From Betaproteobacteria bacterium (GTDB taxonomy: Bacteria; Pseudomonadota; Gammaproteobacteria; Burkholderiales; SG8-41), in contig JACQOJ010000145.1 of assembly GCA_016202605.1 (NCBI GenBank), forward strand, positions 1 to 61,450: 61,450 bases of DNA, given 5' to 3'. This document shows, one piece after another, positions 1-13,222 of the stretch (positions within the stretch are counted from its first letter, which is position 1; each line of letters opens with the position of its first letter). The notes under the pieces were generated by a model that saw nothing but the letters and a program-made list of their open reading frames with translations, was not told the origin of the DNA and did not search any database. A program made the position numbers and the translations under genes.

Positions 1-86
1 AGGCCTGGCTTGGGCCGGGTGCCGGCGAGCAGCGCGGTCAGCTTCTGAAATGGATAGCTTTGCAGTCGGTCGAGGATCGGATTCAC
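1..86 (-). CDS. dapC: N-terminal fragment of succinyldiaminopimelate transaminase (truncated by window edge)
   Basis: Not in ORF track. The minus strand from GTG at 86 reads (M)NPILDRLQSYPFQKLTALLAGTRPKPG, resembling the betaproteobacterial DapC N-terminus (MNP.L..L.PYPF.KL). The position near smc also fits. Confidence 0.7.
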   Translation of the reverse strand, partial: MNPILDRLQSYPFQKLTALLAGTRPKPG

Positions 87-218
87 GGGTGGGGTTCTTC
101 TTGGCGCCGCGCGGGCTTTCGCTGACGGTGCGCGCCGTTCAAAAACGGCAGATTATAGAGGCGTTCGCAGGGGATTGCAGGGTCGCCCCGGGCTGAAAGG
201 CGCTGACAAGGAGCCATT

Positions 219-641
219 TCAGCGCATGGGACTCGCAACCGGCAACGCGCCGGGATCCGGGCTCGCCCCCGGTCCCGGCTGCCAGCCGGGCATCACGTAT
301 TCGGCCACAATGGTGGTGAATATTCCTCCGCGCACGTGGAACCGGGCCGTCAATCGCATGAAGCGTGGCCGCGTCGCCTCGACCAGATCGTCGAGGATAC
401 GGTTGGTCACCGCTTCGTGGAACGCGCCCTCGTTGCGGTAGGTCCAGATATAGAGCTTGAGACTCTTCAATTCCACGCAACGGCGGTCCGGCACGTAGTC
501 GAGCACCAGGGTCGCGAAATCCGGCTGCCCGGTCTTGGGGCACAGGCAAGTAAACTCCGGTATTTCCATGTGAATCCGGTAGTCTCGCCGGGGTGTGGGA
601 TTGGCGAACACCTGCAGTCGTTTGGGGGGCCGGCTCGGCAT
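219..641 (-). CDS. queF: NADPH-dependent preQ0 reductase (unimodular QueF)
   Basis: [16 protein letters not shown] catalytic motif and ELKSLKLY QueF motif; 140 aa. Confidence 0.95.
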   Translation of the reverse strand: MPSRPPKRLQVFANPTPRRDYRIHMEIPEFTCLCPKTGQPDFATLVLDYVPDRRCVELKSLKLYIWTYRNEGAFHEAVTNRILDDLVEATRPRFMRLTARFHVRGGIFTTIVAEYVMPGWQPGPGASPDPGALPVASPMR

Positions 642-716
642 TATCTTGAAGATGCAAATCGGTTAGAATGCGCAGCAGATTTCGTCGAATTATAACCTTA
701 CCCACAGCAGAAAAAA

Positions 717-3700
717 TTGCGTCTCAGCCAGATCAATCTCGCCGGATTCAAGTCCTTCGTAGATCCCACGCGTATTCCCGTTCCAGGACAGTTGGTCGGC
801 ATCGTCGGCCCCAACGGCTGCGGCAAGTCGAACGTGATCGACGCCGTGCGCTGGGTGCTGGGCGAAACCTCCGCGCGCCATCTGCGGGGAGAGACCATGC
901 AGGACGTGCTCTTCAACGGGTCAGGTGAGCGCCAGATGGTCAATCGCGCGAGTGTCGAGCTCATTTTCGACAACAGCCTGGGCAAGGCCGGCGGCCAGTG
1001 GTCGAAATACGCCGAAATCTCGATCAAGCGCGTTTTGCAGCGGGACGGCGAGTCGTCGTACTACATCAACAACATGCACGTGCGTCGGCGCGACGTCGCC
1101 GACATTTTCCTCGGCACCGGGCTGGGCAGCCGGGCCTACGCGATCGTCGAGCAGGGCATGATCTCGCGCGTCATCGAGGCGAAACCCGAGGAGCTGCGCG
1201 TTTTCCTGGAGGAGGCTGCGGGCGTTTCCCGCTACCGCGAGCGCCGGCGCGAGACCGAGCTCAGGCTGAAGGACACGCGCGAAAATCTGACGCGCGTGGA
1301 TGATATCCGCCAGGAGCTCGACAAGCAGATCGAGCATCTCCAGGCGCAGGCCGAGGTCGCCAGGCGCTATCACGCGCTGCAAGGCGAGATGCAGACGGCC
1401 CAGAACCTGCTTTGGCTCACCCGGAAGCAGGAAGCGACGGCCGCGCGCAACCGTCACGGCCGCGAGATCGAGCGCCTGGGAATTGAACTGGAGGCCGAAA
1501 CGGCAAAGCTGCGCGAAACCGAGCGGCGGCTGGAGGAAATGCGCTCGCAGCACTATCGCACAAGCGACGAAATGCATGCCGCGCAGGGCGCTCTATACGA
1601 AGCGAATGCGGAGGTGGCGCGGCTGGAACAGCAGATTGCGCATGTGCGTGAAAGCCGGCAGCGCGTCGAGCATCAGCTTGCGAGCCTGGAATCGCAACTC
1701 GAGCACAGCGAAGGGCAACTTGCCGCCGCGCAGGGGAGTCTGGGAGAGTGGCAGGAGGAGAGGGCCCGCGCGCAGCAACAGGCGGAAGCGGACGCTGCGC
1801 TCGTCAGCCGGGAGATGGAGAAGCTGCCGGTGGCGGAGGAAGCCTACCGCGCCACCAACAATCGACGCGACGAACTGCAGCGCGGTCTCGCGCGCGCCGA
1901 GCAGGCCTTGCAGGTCGAGCAGACCAAGCTCGCGCATGCGCAGCGACTGATCGAGCAGCTCGGGCAGCGCCGGGAGCGATTGCTCGAAGAACAGGCGTCC
2001 TTGCAGATTCCGGACACGGCGGCGATGGAAGAGCTGCGCCAGGAAATGGAAAAGCTCGATCGGACGCTCAGCGAGCAGCGCGAGGCGCTCATTCAGAAGG
2101 AACAATTGCTGCCGCAGCTCGAGCAGGACCTGCGCGATGAGAACGAGGCGCTTGACGCAGCTACTCAGCGCCTGACCGGAATCGAGGCCCGCATTGGCGC
2201 CTTGCAGCAGCTTCAGGATCGTCTGGCCCGCGGAGCCGAGATGCAGGAGTGGCTCGCGGCGCGCGAACTCGACCGGGCGCCGCGGGTATGGCAGGGAATC
2301 GCGATCGAGGCGGGCTGGGAAGACGCGCTGGAGGCCGTGTTGCGGGAGCGGCTGAACGGCATTGCGCTCGACCGCATCGATAAGTTGGCGGCCTGGCTGG
2401 GTGATTCCCCGCCGGGGAAAATGACGGTGATCGACGCCAGCGCCGAAGCGCCCGCCGGCAATCGCGATGCCGGGGCGTGGAGCGAGCCGCTCATACGCTA
2501 TGTCACCTGCCGTGACAGCCGGCTGCACGCGGTGCTCGCCGAATGGCTCCACGACGTATATGTCGTCGGTGATGCGGTCGCGGGACTCGAAATGCGTGAC
2601 CGGCTGCCGGAGGGGGCGATTCTCGTGTCGCGGGAGGGCCATGTTTTCACCCGCTACAGCGTCAGCTTCCATGCGCCCGACTCCGAATTGCACGGCGTGC
2701 TGTCCCGGCAGCGCGAAATCGAGCAGCTGCAGGGCGCGATTGGCGCCGGGCAGGCGGTGTCCGCGAACCACAGGGCGTCGGTCGCGGCTCGCGAGGCGGA
2801 CATCGAGGCGCTCAAGTCTGAACTGAGCGCATTGCGCCAAATGGTGGATGAGACCCAGCGCAATCATCATGGTCTGCAGATGGAAGCCTTGCGCTTGTCC
2901 GAGCAGGCACAGCGGCTGACCCAGCGCGGTGACCAGATCACCGCGGAGTTGCGCGAAATTGCGGAGCAAATCGGGTCCGAGACCGGACAGCAGCGCGTGT
3001 CACAGGTGAATCGCTCGGCGCTTGAGGCCGAAGCGAGGGACTTCAGGGTCCAGCTCGATATGGCAAATGACTTGTATCGCCGCGCTGAATCCGTCCTCAG
3101 TCTGCAGCGCGAGGCGCTGCAAAAGGCGCAACGCGAATACCAGGAGGCGTCGTTCAGATTGAGAACATCAGAGTTAAAAATCAGCGAGATACAAAACTCA
3201 ATTAAAGTATTTTATGAGAGCATTTCGAACCTGAAAATCAGCCTTGAGGCACATCGGGGGGAACTCGCCGGCTACGACGAGAAGCCGTGGCAGACGCAAC
3301 TGCAGGAAGCGTTGGCGCGCCGGCTGGGGTGCGAACAGGCGCTTGCCCGGGCGCGCGATGCGCTGGAAGGAATGGAATCGCGCCTGAGGGAGGTGGAGCA
3401 GGAGCGGCTGACTTGCGAACAGAAACTCGGTCCGCTGCGCGACCGCATCGCCGAAATCAGGCTCCGCGAACAGGAGGCGCGTCTCACCGAAGAGCAGTTC
3501 GCCCGCCAGCTCGCCGAGGCTGGCGCACGCGAGGAGGAACTGAAGGCATCCCTGGAAAAGGGCATGCGCTCGGGTGCGCTGCAAAACGAGATCAACCGGC
3601 TCGGCGACGAGATCGAGGCACTGGGGGCCGTCAATCTCGCCGCACTCGAGGAATTGCAGGCGGGACAGGAGCGCAAGAACTATCTGGACGCCCAGTCGCG

Positions 3701-4244
3701 GGATCTCACCGAGGCGATGGCTACCCTCGAGGATGCGATCCGTCGCATTGACCGCGAGACGCGCGAGCGCCTGCAACAGACATTCGATGATGTAAACCGG
3801 CATTTCGGCGAGCTGTTCCCGGCGCTGTTCGGGGGCGGTTTCGCGAAGCTGGTGCTGACCGGGGAGGAGATCCTGGACAGCGGCGTGCAGGTGATCGCCC
3901 AGCCGCCGGGCAAAAAGAACACTTCCATTCATCTGCTTTCCGGAGGCGAGAAGGCGCTCACCGCGCTGGCGCTGGTGTTCTCGATGTTTCAGCTCAATCC
4001 CGCGCCGTTCTGTCTGCTCGATGAGGTCGACGCGCCGCTGGACGATCACAACACCGAGCGGTTCTGCGAACTGGTGATGAAGATGTCCGGGCATTCCCAG
4101 TTCCTGTTCATCAGTCACAACAAGATCACCATGGAGATTGCCAACCAACTGCTCGGCATCACGATGCAGGAGCCGGGGGTATCACGGGTAGTGGCGGTCG
4201 ATATCGAAGAGGCGATGAAGCTGACCGAAGAAGCGGCCGCCTGA
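717..4244 (+). CDS. smc: Chromosome segregation protein SMC
   Basis: GFKSF, Walker A GPNGCGKSN, long coiled coils with hinge, LSGGEK signature, Walker B LLDEVDAPLD. TTG start. Confidence 0.97.
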   Translation: MRLSQINLAGFKSFVDPTRIPVPGQLVGIVGPNGCGKSNVIDAVRWVLGETSARHLRGETMQDVLFNGSGERQMVNRASVELIFDNSLGKAGGQWSKYAEISIKRVLQRDGESSYYINNMHVRRRDVADIFLGTGLGSRAYAIVEQGMISRVIEAKPEELRVFLEEAAGVSRYRERRRETELRLKDTRENLTRVDDIRQELDKQIEHLQAQAEVARRYHALQGEMQTAQNLLWLTRKQEATAARNRHGREIERLGIELEAETAKLRETERRLEEMRSQHYRTSDEMHAAQGALYEANAEVARLEQQIAHVRESRQRVEHQLASLESQLEHSEGQLAAAQGSLGEWQEERARAQQQAEADAALVSREMEKLPVAEEAYRATNNRRDELQRGLARAEQALQVEQTKLAHAQRLIEQLGQRRERLLEEQASLQIPDTAAMEELRQEMEKLDRTLSEQREALIQKEQLLPQLEQDLRDENEALDAATQRLTGIEARIGALQQLQDRLARGAEMQEWLAARELDRAPRVWQGIAIEAGWEDALEAVLRERLNGIALDRIDKLAAWLGDSPPGKMTVIDASAEAPAGNRDAGAWSEPLIRYVTCRDSRLHAVLAEWLHDVYVVGDAVAGLEMRDRLPEGAILVSREGHVFTRYSVSFHAPDSELHGVLSRQREIEQLQGAIGAGQAVSANHRASVAAREADIEALKSELSALRQMVDETQRNHHGLQMEALRLSEQAQRLTQRGDQITAELREIAEQIGSETGQQRVSQVNRSALEAEARDFRVQLDMANDLYRRAESVLSLQREALQKAQREYQEASFRLRTSELKISEIQNSIKVFYESISNLKISLEAHRGELAGYDEKPWQTQLQEALARRLGCEQALARARDALEGMESRLREVEQERLTCEQKLGPLRDRIAEIRLREQEARLTEEQFARQLAEAGAREEELKASLEKGMRSGALQNEINRLGDEIEALGAVNLAALEELQAGQERKNYLDAQSRDLTEAMATLEDAIRRIDRETRERLQQTFDDVNRHFGELFPALFGGGFAKLVLTGEEILDSGVQVIAQPPGKKNTSIHLLSGGEKALTALALVFSMFQLNPAPFCLLDEVDAPLDDHNTERFCELVMKMSGHSQFLFISHNKITMEIANQLLGITMQEPGVSRVVAVDIEEAMKLTEEAAA

Positions 4245-4258
4245 AGGAGGGCTCCGTC

Positions 4259-7434
<3,176 letters not shown>

Positions 7435-7438
7435 CGCC

Positions 7439-8320
7439 ATGGGAAGAGTAACCAAAGCCGTGTTTCCGGTGGCGGGCATGGGGACGCGTTTCCTGCCCGC
7501 GACGAAGGCGAGTCCCAAGGAAATGATGCCGATCGTGGACAAGCCGCTGATCCAGTATGCGGTTGAGGAAGCCGTCGCCGCAGGGATGACCGAAATGATC
7601 TTCGTGACCGGCCGCAACAAGCGGGCTATAGAGGACCATTTCGATACGGCGTACGAACTGGAAACCGAGCTGAAGCAGCGCGACAACCAGGAGATGCTGC
7701 AGATGATACGCGGCATCATTCCGCGGCGCGTCTCTTGCGTTTACATCCGGCAGCCCAAAGCGCTCGGTTTGGGTCACGCGATCCTGTGCGCACGGCGCGT
7801 GGTGGGCGACGATCCTTTCGCCGTGGTGCTGGCGGATGATCTGATAGACGGCGAGCCATCCGCACTACAGCAGATGGCGGCGGTATTCAAGAAGCGCTCG
7901 ACCTCGATCGTCGCGGTCACCAACGTGCCGCGGAAGGAAACGCGCCAGTACGGGATCGTGAAAATCGATCCCGGGTCCGCGGCGCCGCATCGTATTACGG
8001 GCATCGTCGAAAAGCCCGCCCCCGGTGCCGCGCCTTCGACTCTGGGCGTCGTGGGCCGCTATATTCTCACGTCCCGGATATTTCACCATCTGCTGCGAGT
8101 CAGGCCGGGGGCCGGGGGCGAGATTCAGTTGACCGACGGTATCGCTGCGCTCATTCGCGAGGAGGATGTGCTGGCGTACGAGTTTGCGGGCACCCGCTAC
8201 GATTGCGGCAGTAAGCTCGGATACCTGAAAGCCAATCTGGCCTATGCGCTGAAACACCCGGAAGTGGCGAACGATTTATGCAACTATCTGAAAAATATGG
8301 ACTGGCGGCATCCACGGTAG
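7439..8320 (+). CDS. galU: UTP--glucose-1-phosphate uridylyltransferase
   Basis: [35 protein letters not shown] and YDCGSKLG motifs. Confidence 0.95.
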   Translation: MGRVTKAVFPVAGMGTRFLPATKASPKEMMPIVDKPLIQYAVEEAVAAGMTEMIFVTGRNKRAIEDHFDTAYELETELKQRDNQEMLQMIRGIIPRRVSCVYIRQPKALGLGHAILCARRVVGDDPFAVVLADDLIDGEPSALQQMAAVFKKRSTSIVAVTNVPRKETRQYGIVKIDPGSAAPHRITGIVEKPAPGAAPSTLGVVGRYILTSRIFHHLLRVRPGAGGEIQLTDGIAALIREEDVLAYEFAGTRYDCGSKLGYLKANLAYALKHPEVANDLCNYLKNMDWRHPR

Positions 8321-8380
8321 ACAGACTCGTCGGTGTATAACCATGTGCTAATATTCCATCGGGCACACAAGGAGGCTGCA

Positions 8381-8749
8381 ATGGCTGACAAGCTGATGAT
8401 CGTGATGGTCAATACTGACCCGCGGAATGGCGCGGAACTCGGCGCGCCGTTTTTCCAGGCGACGGTTGCCGCGGCGATGGATTACAAGGTTGAAGTGATC
8501 TTGACAGCGCGCGCCGGCGAACTGGCAATGCGGGGAGTCGCCGAGAAGCTGTACGTCAAGGAAGGTTCTCCCAAGAGCGTCTACGATTTCATCAAGGACG
8601 CGCATGAAGCGGGCGTGCATTTCAAGGTGTGCACGCCGACGCTCGATCTCTGGGGCAACGACCTGATACCGGAAATCGAAGAGACGGTCGGCGGCGCCTA
8701 CGTCATCGAGCAGGCGATGGACGACAATGTCGTGACGTTCACGTATTGA
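8381..8749 (+). CDS. DsrE/DsrF-like (peroxiredoxin-like, sulfur-relay fold) protein, 122 aa
   Basis: AAGGAGG SD before ATG at 8381. The PFFQATVAAAMDYKVEVIL and EAGVHFKVC(single Cys) pattern is typical of DsrE-like proteins. Confidence 0.75.
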   Translation: MADKLMIVMVNTDPRNGAELGAPFFQATVAAAMDYKVEVILTARAGELAMRGVAEKLYVKEGSPKSVYDFIKDAHEAGVHFKVCTPTLDLWGNDLIPEIEETVGGAYVIEQAMDDNVVTFTY

Positions 8750-9307
8750 GTGACAATTTCCGCAGACAAGGCCTGGCGCATTCTGGAATCGGCAGAACGG
8801 GTCTGTTCGGCCGTTGCCGTGTCGGAGGCGGTTGCCCGCATCGCGCAGGAAGTGAGCGCCCAACTGAAGGACCGCATGCCGCTGGTCCTGGGGGTCATGC
8901 GCGGAAGCGTGGTATTCGCCGGGCATCTGCTGCCGCTTCTGCGATTTCCGCTCGAGTTCGACTACCTTGACGTCACGCGTTACGGAGACAAGACGCAAGG
9001 CGGCGCGACGACCTGGCGCGTGAGCCCGGGCACGCAGGTGCGCGGAAGGGTAGTGCTGGTCATCGACGACATTCTGGACGAGGGCGAAACGCTCGCGGAG
9101 ATTCGCGACAAGATGCTGGCCGCGGGCGTGAAAGCGTTCTACAGCGCGGTTTTTGCGGACAAGGACATCGGCCGCGTCAAGCCGATCAGCGCCGATTTCG
9201 TCGGCGTCAGGCTGCCCAGGCGTTACGTCTTCGGGTTCGGGATGGATGTGGGCGGAGCCTGGCGCAATCTCCCCGAGGTCTACGCACTCAGGGACGGCGA
9301 AGAGTGA
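8750..9307 (+). CDS. hpt: Hypoxanthine(-guanine) phosphoribosyltransferase
   Basis: PRPP-binding VLVIDDILDEGETL and YVFGFGMD...WRNLP motifs. GTG start. Confidence 0.9.
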   Translation: MTISADKAWRILESAERVCSAVAVSEAVARIAQEVSAQLKDRMPLVLGVMRGSVVFAGHLLPLLRFPLEFDYLDVTRYGDKTQGGATTWRVSPGTQVRGRVVLVIDDILDEGETLAEIRDKMLAAGVKAFYSAVFADKDIGRVKPISADFVGVRLPRRYVFGFGMDVGGAWRNLPEVYALRDGEE

Positions 9308-9314
9308 GTTCGCC

Positions 9315-10061
9315 ATGTTAGCCATCATCGGCGGCAGCGGTCTCACTCAGCTCTCGAGCCTGGAGGTCACGCGGCGCAAGGTCGTGCGCACGCCATATGG
9401 CGAGCCGTCAGGAGCGTTGACTTTCGGAACGATCCGCAATACCGAGGTGATATTTCTGGCGCGTCACGGCTACGGCCATACCATTCCGCCTCACGAAGTG
9501 AACTATCGGGCCAACACCTGGGCGTTGCACTCCGAAGAAGCGAGCGATGTGGTGTCCGTCGCTTCCGTCGGTGGAATACGCCCGGACCTGGTGCCCGGAA
9601 CCCTGGTCGTTCCCGATCAGATCATCGATTACACGGACGGCCGCAAGTCGACTTTTTTCAGTACTACCGACCGCAGCGTCACGCATATCGACTTCACGTT
9701 TCCTTATTGTGAACAACTGCGCCGGCGGTTGCTCAAGGCCGCGGCAACGGCCGGCGAGCACATGGCGGCCGGAGGGACCTATGCCGCGACGCAGGGACCG
9801 CGGCTCGAAACCGCGGCGGAAATCAACCGGGTTGAACGCGACGGCGCCGACATGGTCGGCATGACGGGGATGCCGGAAGCGGCGCTGGCGCGTGAAATCG
9901 GGCTCTGCTACGCGGCGATCGCGGTGGTGGTCAACCACGCCGCCGGACGCGGTGCGAGCGCCACCGGGATCCGGCTCACGGATATCCTTGCCGTATCGCA
10001 AAATGCCATGGCGCGTGTGCGCAATATTCTCGATCACCTGGTGACGCTCGATGGCGATTAG
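9315..10061 (+). CDS. S-methyl-5'-thioinosine phosphorylase (MTAP/PNP family)
   Basis: [39 protein letters not shown] and VGMTGMPEA motifs. VVNHAAG (Asn) suggests 6-oxopurine preference. Start re-assigned to ATG 9315. Confidence 0.85.
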   Translation: MLAIIGGSGLTQLSSLEVTRRKVVRTPYGEPSGALTFGTIRNTEVIFLARHGYGHTIPPHEVNYRANTWALHSEEASDVVSVASVGGIRPDLVPGTLVVPDQIIDYTDGRKSTFFSTTDRSVTHIDFTFPYCEQLRRRLLKAAATAGEHMAAGGTYAATQGPRLETAAEINRVERDGADMVGMTGMPEAALAREIGLCYAAIAVVVNHAAGRGASATGIRLTDILAVSQNAMARVRNILDHLVTLDGD

Positions 10062-10584
10062 GGCGGTGCTGAGAATGGGTGACCCGCGGCTGCTCGAACC
10101 GGCGCGCCCGGTCGCGCGTTGCGATACTCCGGAACTGCATGAACTGATTGCGGACATGCGCGATACGATGGCGGCGCTCAACGGCGCCGGCCTTGCGGCA
10201 CCGCAAATCGGCGTCGGGTTGCAGCTCGTCATTTTCGGGGTCGATCACAATCCACGCTATCCCGAGGCCGAACCGGTGCCGTACACGGTGTTGATCAATC
10301 CGATCCTCACGCCGATCGGGGAAGAGACGGAGGACGGGTGGGAGGGATGTCTGTCGCTCCCCGGCATGCGCGGGCTGGTGCCCCGTTACCGCAATCTGCG
10401 CTACCGGGGGCTCGATCCGCACGGCGACGCGATCGATCGCGCGGTGAGCGGCTTTCACTCGCGCGTGGTTCAGCACGAGTGCGACCATCTTACGGGCATA
10501 CTTTACCCGATGCGCATCCGTGATCTGCGTGACTTCGGATTCGTGGAAGAGCTTTTTCCGGGTCAGGACGTCGCGGACGACTGA
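10051..10584 (+). CDS. def: Peptide deformylase
   Basis: [15 protein letters not shown] and QHECDHL motifs. Confidence 0.95.
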   Translation: MAIRAVLRMGDPRLLEPARPVARCDTPELHELIADMRDTMAALNGAGLAAPQIGVGLQLVIFGVDHNPRYPEAEPVPYTVLINPILTPIGEETEDGWEGCLSLPGMRGLVPRYRNLRYRGLDPHGDAIDRAVSGFHSRVVQHECDHLTGILYPMRIRDLRDFGFVEELFPGQDVADD

Positions 10585-10586
10585 GA

Positions 10587-10621
10587 CGCGGGGTCGCAAT
10601 CCGTCCGCCCGTCACCCCGCG
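10587..10621. terminator. Hairpin between convergent def and glnD
   Basis: CGCGGGGT...ACCCCGCG inverted repeat; no clear U-tract. Confidence 0.35.
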
Positions 10622-10633
10622 ATCACAGTCGCT

Positions 10634-13222
10634 TTACGTCCGCAGTTGCTCGAGCAGCTCGCTTTCGAATCGGACGACGGTCTTGGCATCGTTGAGCGCC
10701 GCGCCGGTGATCAGAAATACGTCCTCGGCGCGCGAGCCCAGCGTGTTGATCCGGGCGGTGTGCAGGTTGATGTCATACGCCGTCAACACCCGCGCGATGC
10801 GGGACAGCAGTCCCGGTCGGTCGCCCGCGATCACCGACAACACCTTGTAGGTTCCCCTCTCGTCCGGCTGAATATTGACTTCGGGGGAGATCGGAAAATG
10901 CCGCAACTGCCGGCTGAGCCGGGGCCTGGTGAGCGGCGGAAGCGGCGCTTTGCGAATCAATCGCTCGGCAAGCTCGAATTCGACATAGCTGATCAGGTCC
11001 CGGTATCGCGGTCGCCGGTTATGGGGGTCGTGCACCTGGAAACTGTCGAGAGCGTACCCGTGCCTGGTGGTATAGATCTTGGCTTCGAAGATGTCGTAAT
11101 TCATGTTTTCGAAGAAGCTGCAGATACGCGCGAACAGCTCCTTCTGGTCCGGGACATAGACCATGACCTGCAATCCTTCCCCCGCGGGCGACAGCCGCGC
11201 CTTGATCACGGGCTTCTGCGTATCGACCCGGTAATAGAGCAGGCGCGTGTGCCACGCGATTTCCTGCGGGTCGTGCCGGAGAAAATACGCGGTGTCGAGC
11301 TCTTTCCAGAGTTTTTCATGCGCTTTCTCGGGCAGCGCGTAGAGCCGGAGTTTGGCGAGCGCCTCGGACTGGCGCACCTGCACGCTGCTCGCGAGAGTGG
11401 GCTGCCCGCCTTTGAGGAGCCCGCGTGTGGCGTGGAAGAGGTCCTCGAGGAGCTTGCCCTTCCAGGCGTTCCACACTTTCGGGCTGGTGCCGCGGATATC
11501 GGCGACCGTGAGCAGATAGAGCGCCGCGAGCCTGCGTTCATCACCTGCCAGATCGGCGAACGCCCGGATGACATCGGGATCGGAGAGATCCTGTTTCTGG
11601 GCGGTCAGGGACATGGCGAGGTGATGCTCGACCAGCCACGCGACGAGATCCGTATCTTCCCGTGACAGGACGTGGGCTTCGCAAAACCGTCGCGCGTCGA
11701 TCTTGCCGAGCCGCGAGTGGTCCCCGCCGCGCCCTTTTGCGATGTCGTGGAACAGGCCGGCGACGTAAAGCACCTCGGGGCGCGCGAAATCGCTCATCAA
11801 CCGGCTGCACAGAGGAAACTCGTGGGCCAGCTCGGGAATTGAAAAACGCCGCAGGTTACGGATCACCCGCAGGATGTGTTCGTCAACCGTGTAGACATGG
11901 TAGAGGTCGTGCTGCATCTGACCGACGATGCGGCCGAAAGCGGGCAGATAGCGTCCCAGGATGCCGTACTGGTTCATGCGCCGCAGCGCGCGTTCCACGT
12001 GGGTGGAGCTCCTCAGGGTCCGCATGAAAAGCGCCCGATTGGCAGGATCGCGGCGGAACGCGGGATTGATGTGTCGCCGGGCACGCCAGAGCGCGCGCAG
12101 CGTGATCGCGCTCATGCCCTTCAGCTCGTGATGTTCCTGCAGCAGCGTAAAGCTCTCGAGGATTGCTTTGGGCTCGCGCTCGAACAACCGCTCCTCAGAT
12201 GCCTCCAGCAACTCGGCGCGCGTGCCAAAACGCGCATTGATGACGTGATAGTCCCGGTCGCGCCCCGGTGAAATGCGTGCCTTCAGGTTCTGCAGAAGCA
12301 TGATGTTGAGCTGATTCACCGCCTTGGCGGTGCGATAGTAGCGCTGCATGAGCTGCTCGCTGGCCAGGCGGTGGGGGGCGTCGTGCAGATTGAACTGTCG
12401 GGCGAGCGCCGATTGGTGATCGAAGAGCAGGCGGTCCTCTCTTCGCCCCGCGAGATAATGCAGGCGGATGCGCAGCGTCTGCAGGAACAGTTCGTGACGC
12501 TGAATCTCCCGCGCCTCATGCATCGTAATGAGGCCGCGGCGCGCCAGCGCGCCCCAGGTCTTGCCGATATCCGCGGCGCGCGCAATCCACAGGATATTCT
12601 GCAGGTCGCGCAGGCCCCCGGTGCTTTCCTTGATGTTGGGTTCGAGATTGGTCTCCTGGTAGCGCTCGTGCCGCTGCTGCTGTTCGAGCTGTTTGGCCTG
12701 CGAGAAAGCTTCCGGGTCGAGCGCATCGCGGATGGCGTTCGAGAACCTGCGAAACAGACCCCGGTTCCCGGTGATCACCCGCGCTTCGAGCAGACCGGTT
12801 TGCACGGTGACGTCCTGGCTTGCCAGCTCGAGGCATTCGGCGATGGTGCGAACGCTATGGCCCACGTCAAGCCCGATATCCCATAACAGGCCGACGAAAC
12901 ATTCCAGCTTCTGCTGCAAGGGCGGGTCGACCGCCGCCGGCAGCAGGATCAGCAGATCGATGTCGGAATGGGGAAACAGCTGGCCGCGTCCATAACCGCC
13001 GACGGCAAGAAGAGCCAGCCGGGACGAGAGGCCGTGGCTTGACCACACCTGCCGCAGCTTGCGGTCGACGAGCATGCGCTGGCGGCGCAAAAGGTCTCCG
13101 GCAGCGGGTTGCGCAAAAAAAGCCGCGCGCAGGTCTGCGCGCTCCGCGGCGAGCGAGCGTTTCCACTCATTCGCGAGCGGTCGGATCCGCAGCGCGGCGG
13201 TGCCCAATCCCGGTCCGCTCAT
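10634..13222 (-). CDS. glnD: [protein-PII] uridylyltransferase
   Basis: AVGGYGRGQLFPHSDIDL, LEPNIKESTGGLRD, HD domain (YTVDEH, LFHDIAKGRGGDHS) and two ACT domains. ATG 13222 overlaps the map stop (ATGA). Confidence 0.95.
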   Translation of the reverse strand: MSGPGLGTAALRIRPLANEWKRSLAAERADLRAAFFAQPAAGDLLRRQRMLVDRKLRQVWSSHGLSSRLALLAVGGYGRGQLFPHSDIDLLILLPAAVDPPLQQKLECFVGLLWDIGLDVGHSVRTIAECLELASQDVTVQTGLLEARVITGNRGLFRRFSNAIRDALDPEAFSQAKQLEQQQRHERYQETNLEPNIKESTGGLRDLQNILWIARAADIGKTWGALARRGLITMHEAREIQRHELFLQTLRIRLHYLAGRREDRLLFDHQSALARQFNLHDAPHRLASEQLMQRYYRTAKAVNQLNIMLLQNLKARISPGRDRDYHVINARFGTRAELLEASEERLFEREPKAILESFTLLQEHHELKGMSAITLRALWRARRHINPAFRRDPANRALFMRTLRSSTHVERALRRMNQYGILGRYLPAFGRIVGQMQHDLYHVYTVDEHILRVIRNLRRFSIPELAHEFPLCSRLMSDFARPEVLYVAGLFHDIAKGRGGDHSRLGKIDARRFCEAHVLSREDTDLVAWLVEHHLAMSLTAQKQDLSDPDVIRAFADLAGDERRLAALYLLTVADIRGTSPKVWNAWKGKLLEDLFHATRGLLKGGQPTLASSVQVRQSEALAKLRLYALPEKAHEKLWKELDTAYFLRHDPQEIAWHTRLLYYRVDTQKPVIKARLSPAGEGLQVMVYVPDQKELFARICSFFENMNYDIFEAKIYTTRHGYALDSFQVHDPHNRRPRYRDLISYVEFELAERLIRKAPLPPLTRPRLSRQLRHFPISPEVNIQPDERGTYKVLSVIAGDRPGLLSRIARVLTAYDINLHTARINTLGSRAEDVFLITGAALNDAKTVVRFESELLEQLRT

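Noticed and set aside
642-716. Possible preQ1 riboswitch upstream of queF
   Set aside because: On the queF sense strand there is no preQ1-I stem with an A-rich tail. The 75-bp gap looks like a divergent promoter region (TATAAT on the minus strand at 689-694).
8747-8752. TGA of the DsrE-like gene directly followed in frame by the hpt GTG (likewise rseP TGA then TTG ATG of bamA at 21668-21676): possible selenocysteine or readthrough fusion
   Set aside because: Both upstream proteins end at a normal C-terminus, the TGA is not at a catalytic Cys position, and I could not identify a SECIS-like hairpin. Tight gene packing explains it.
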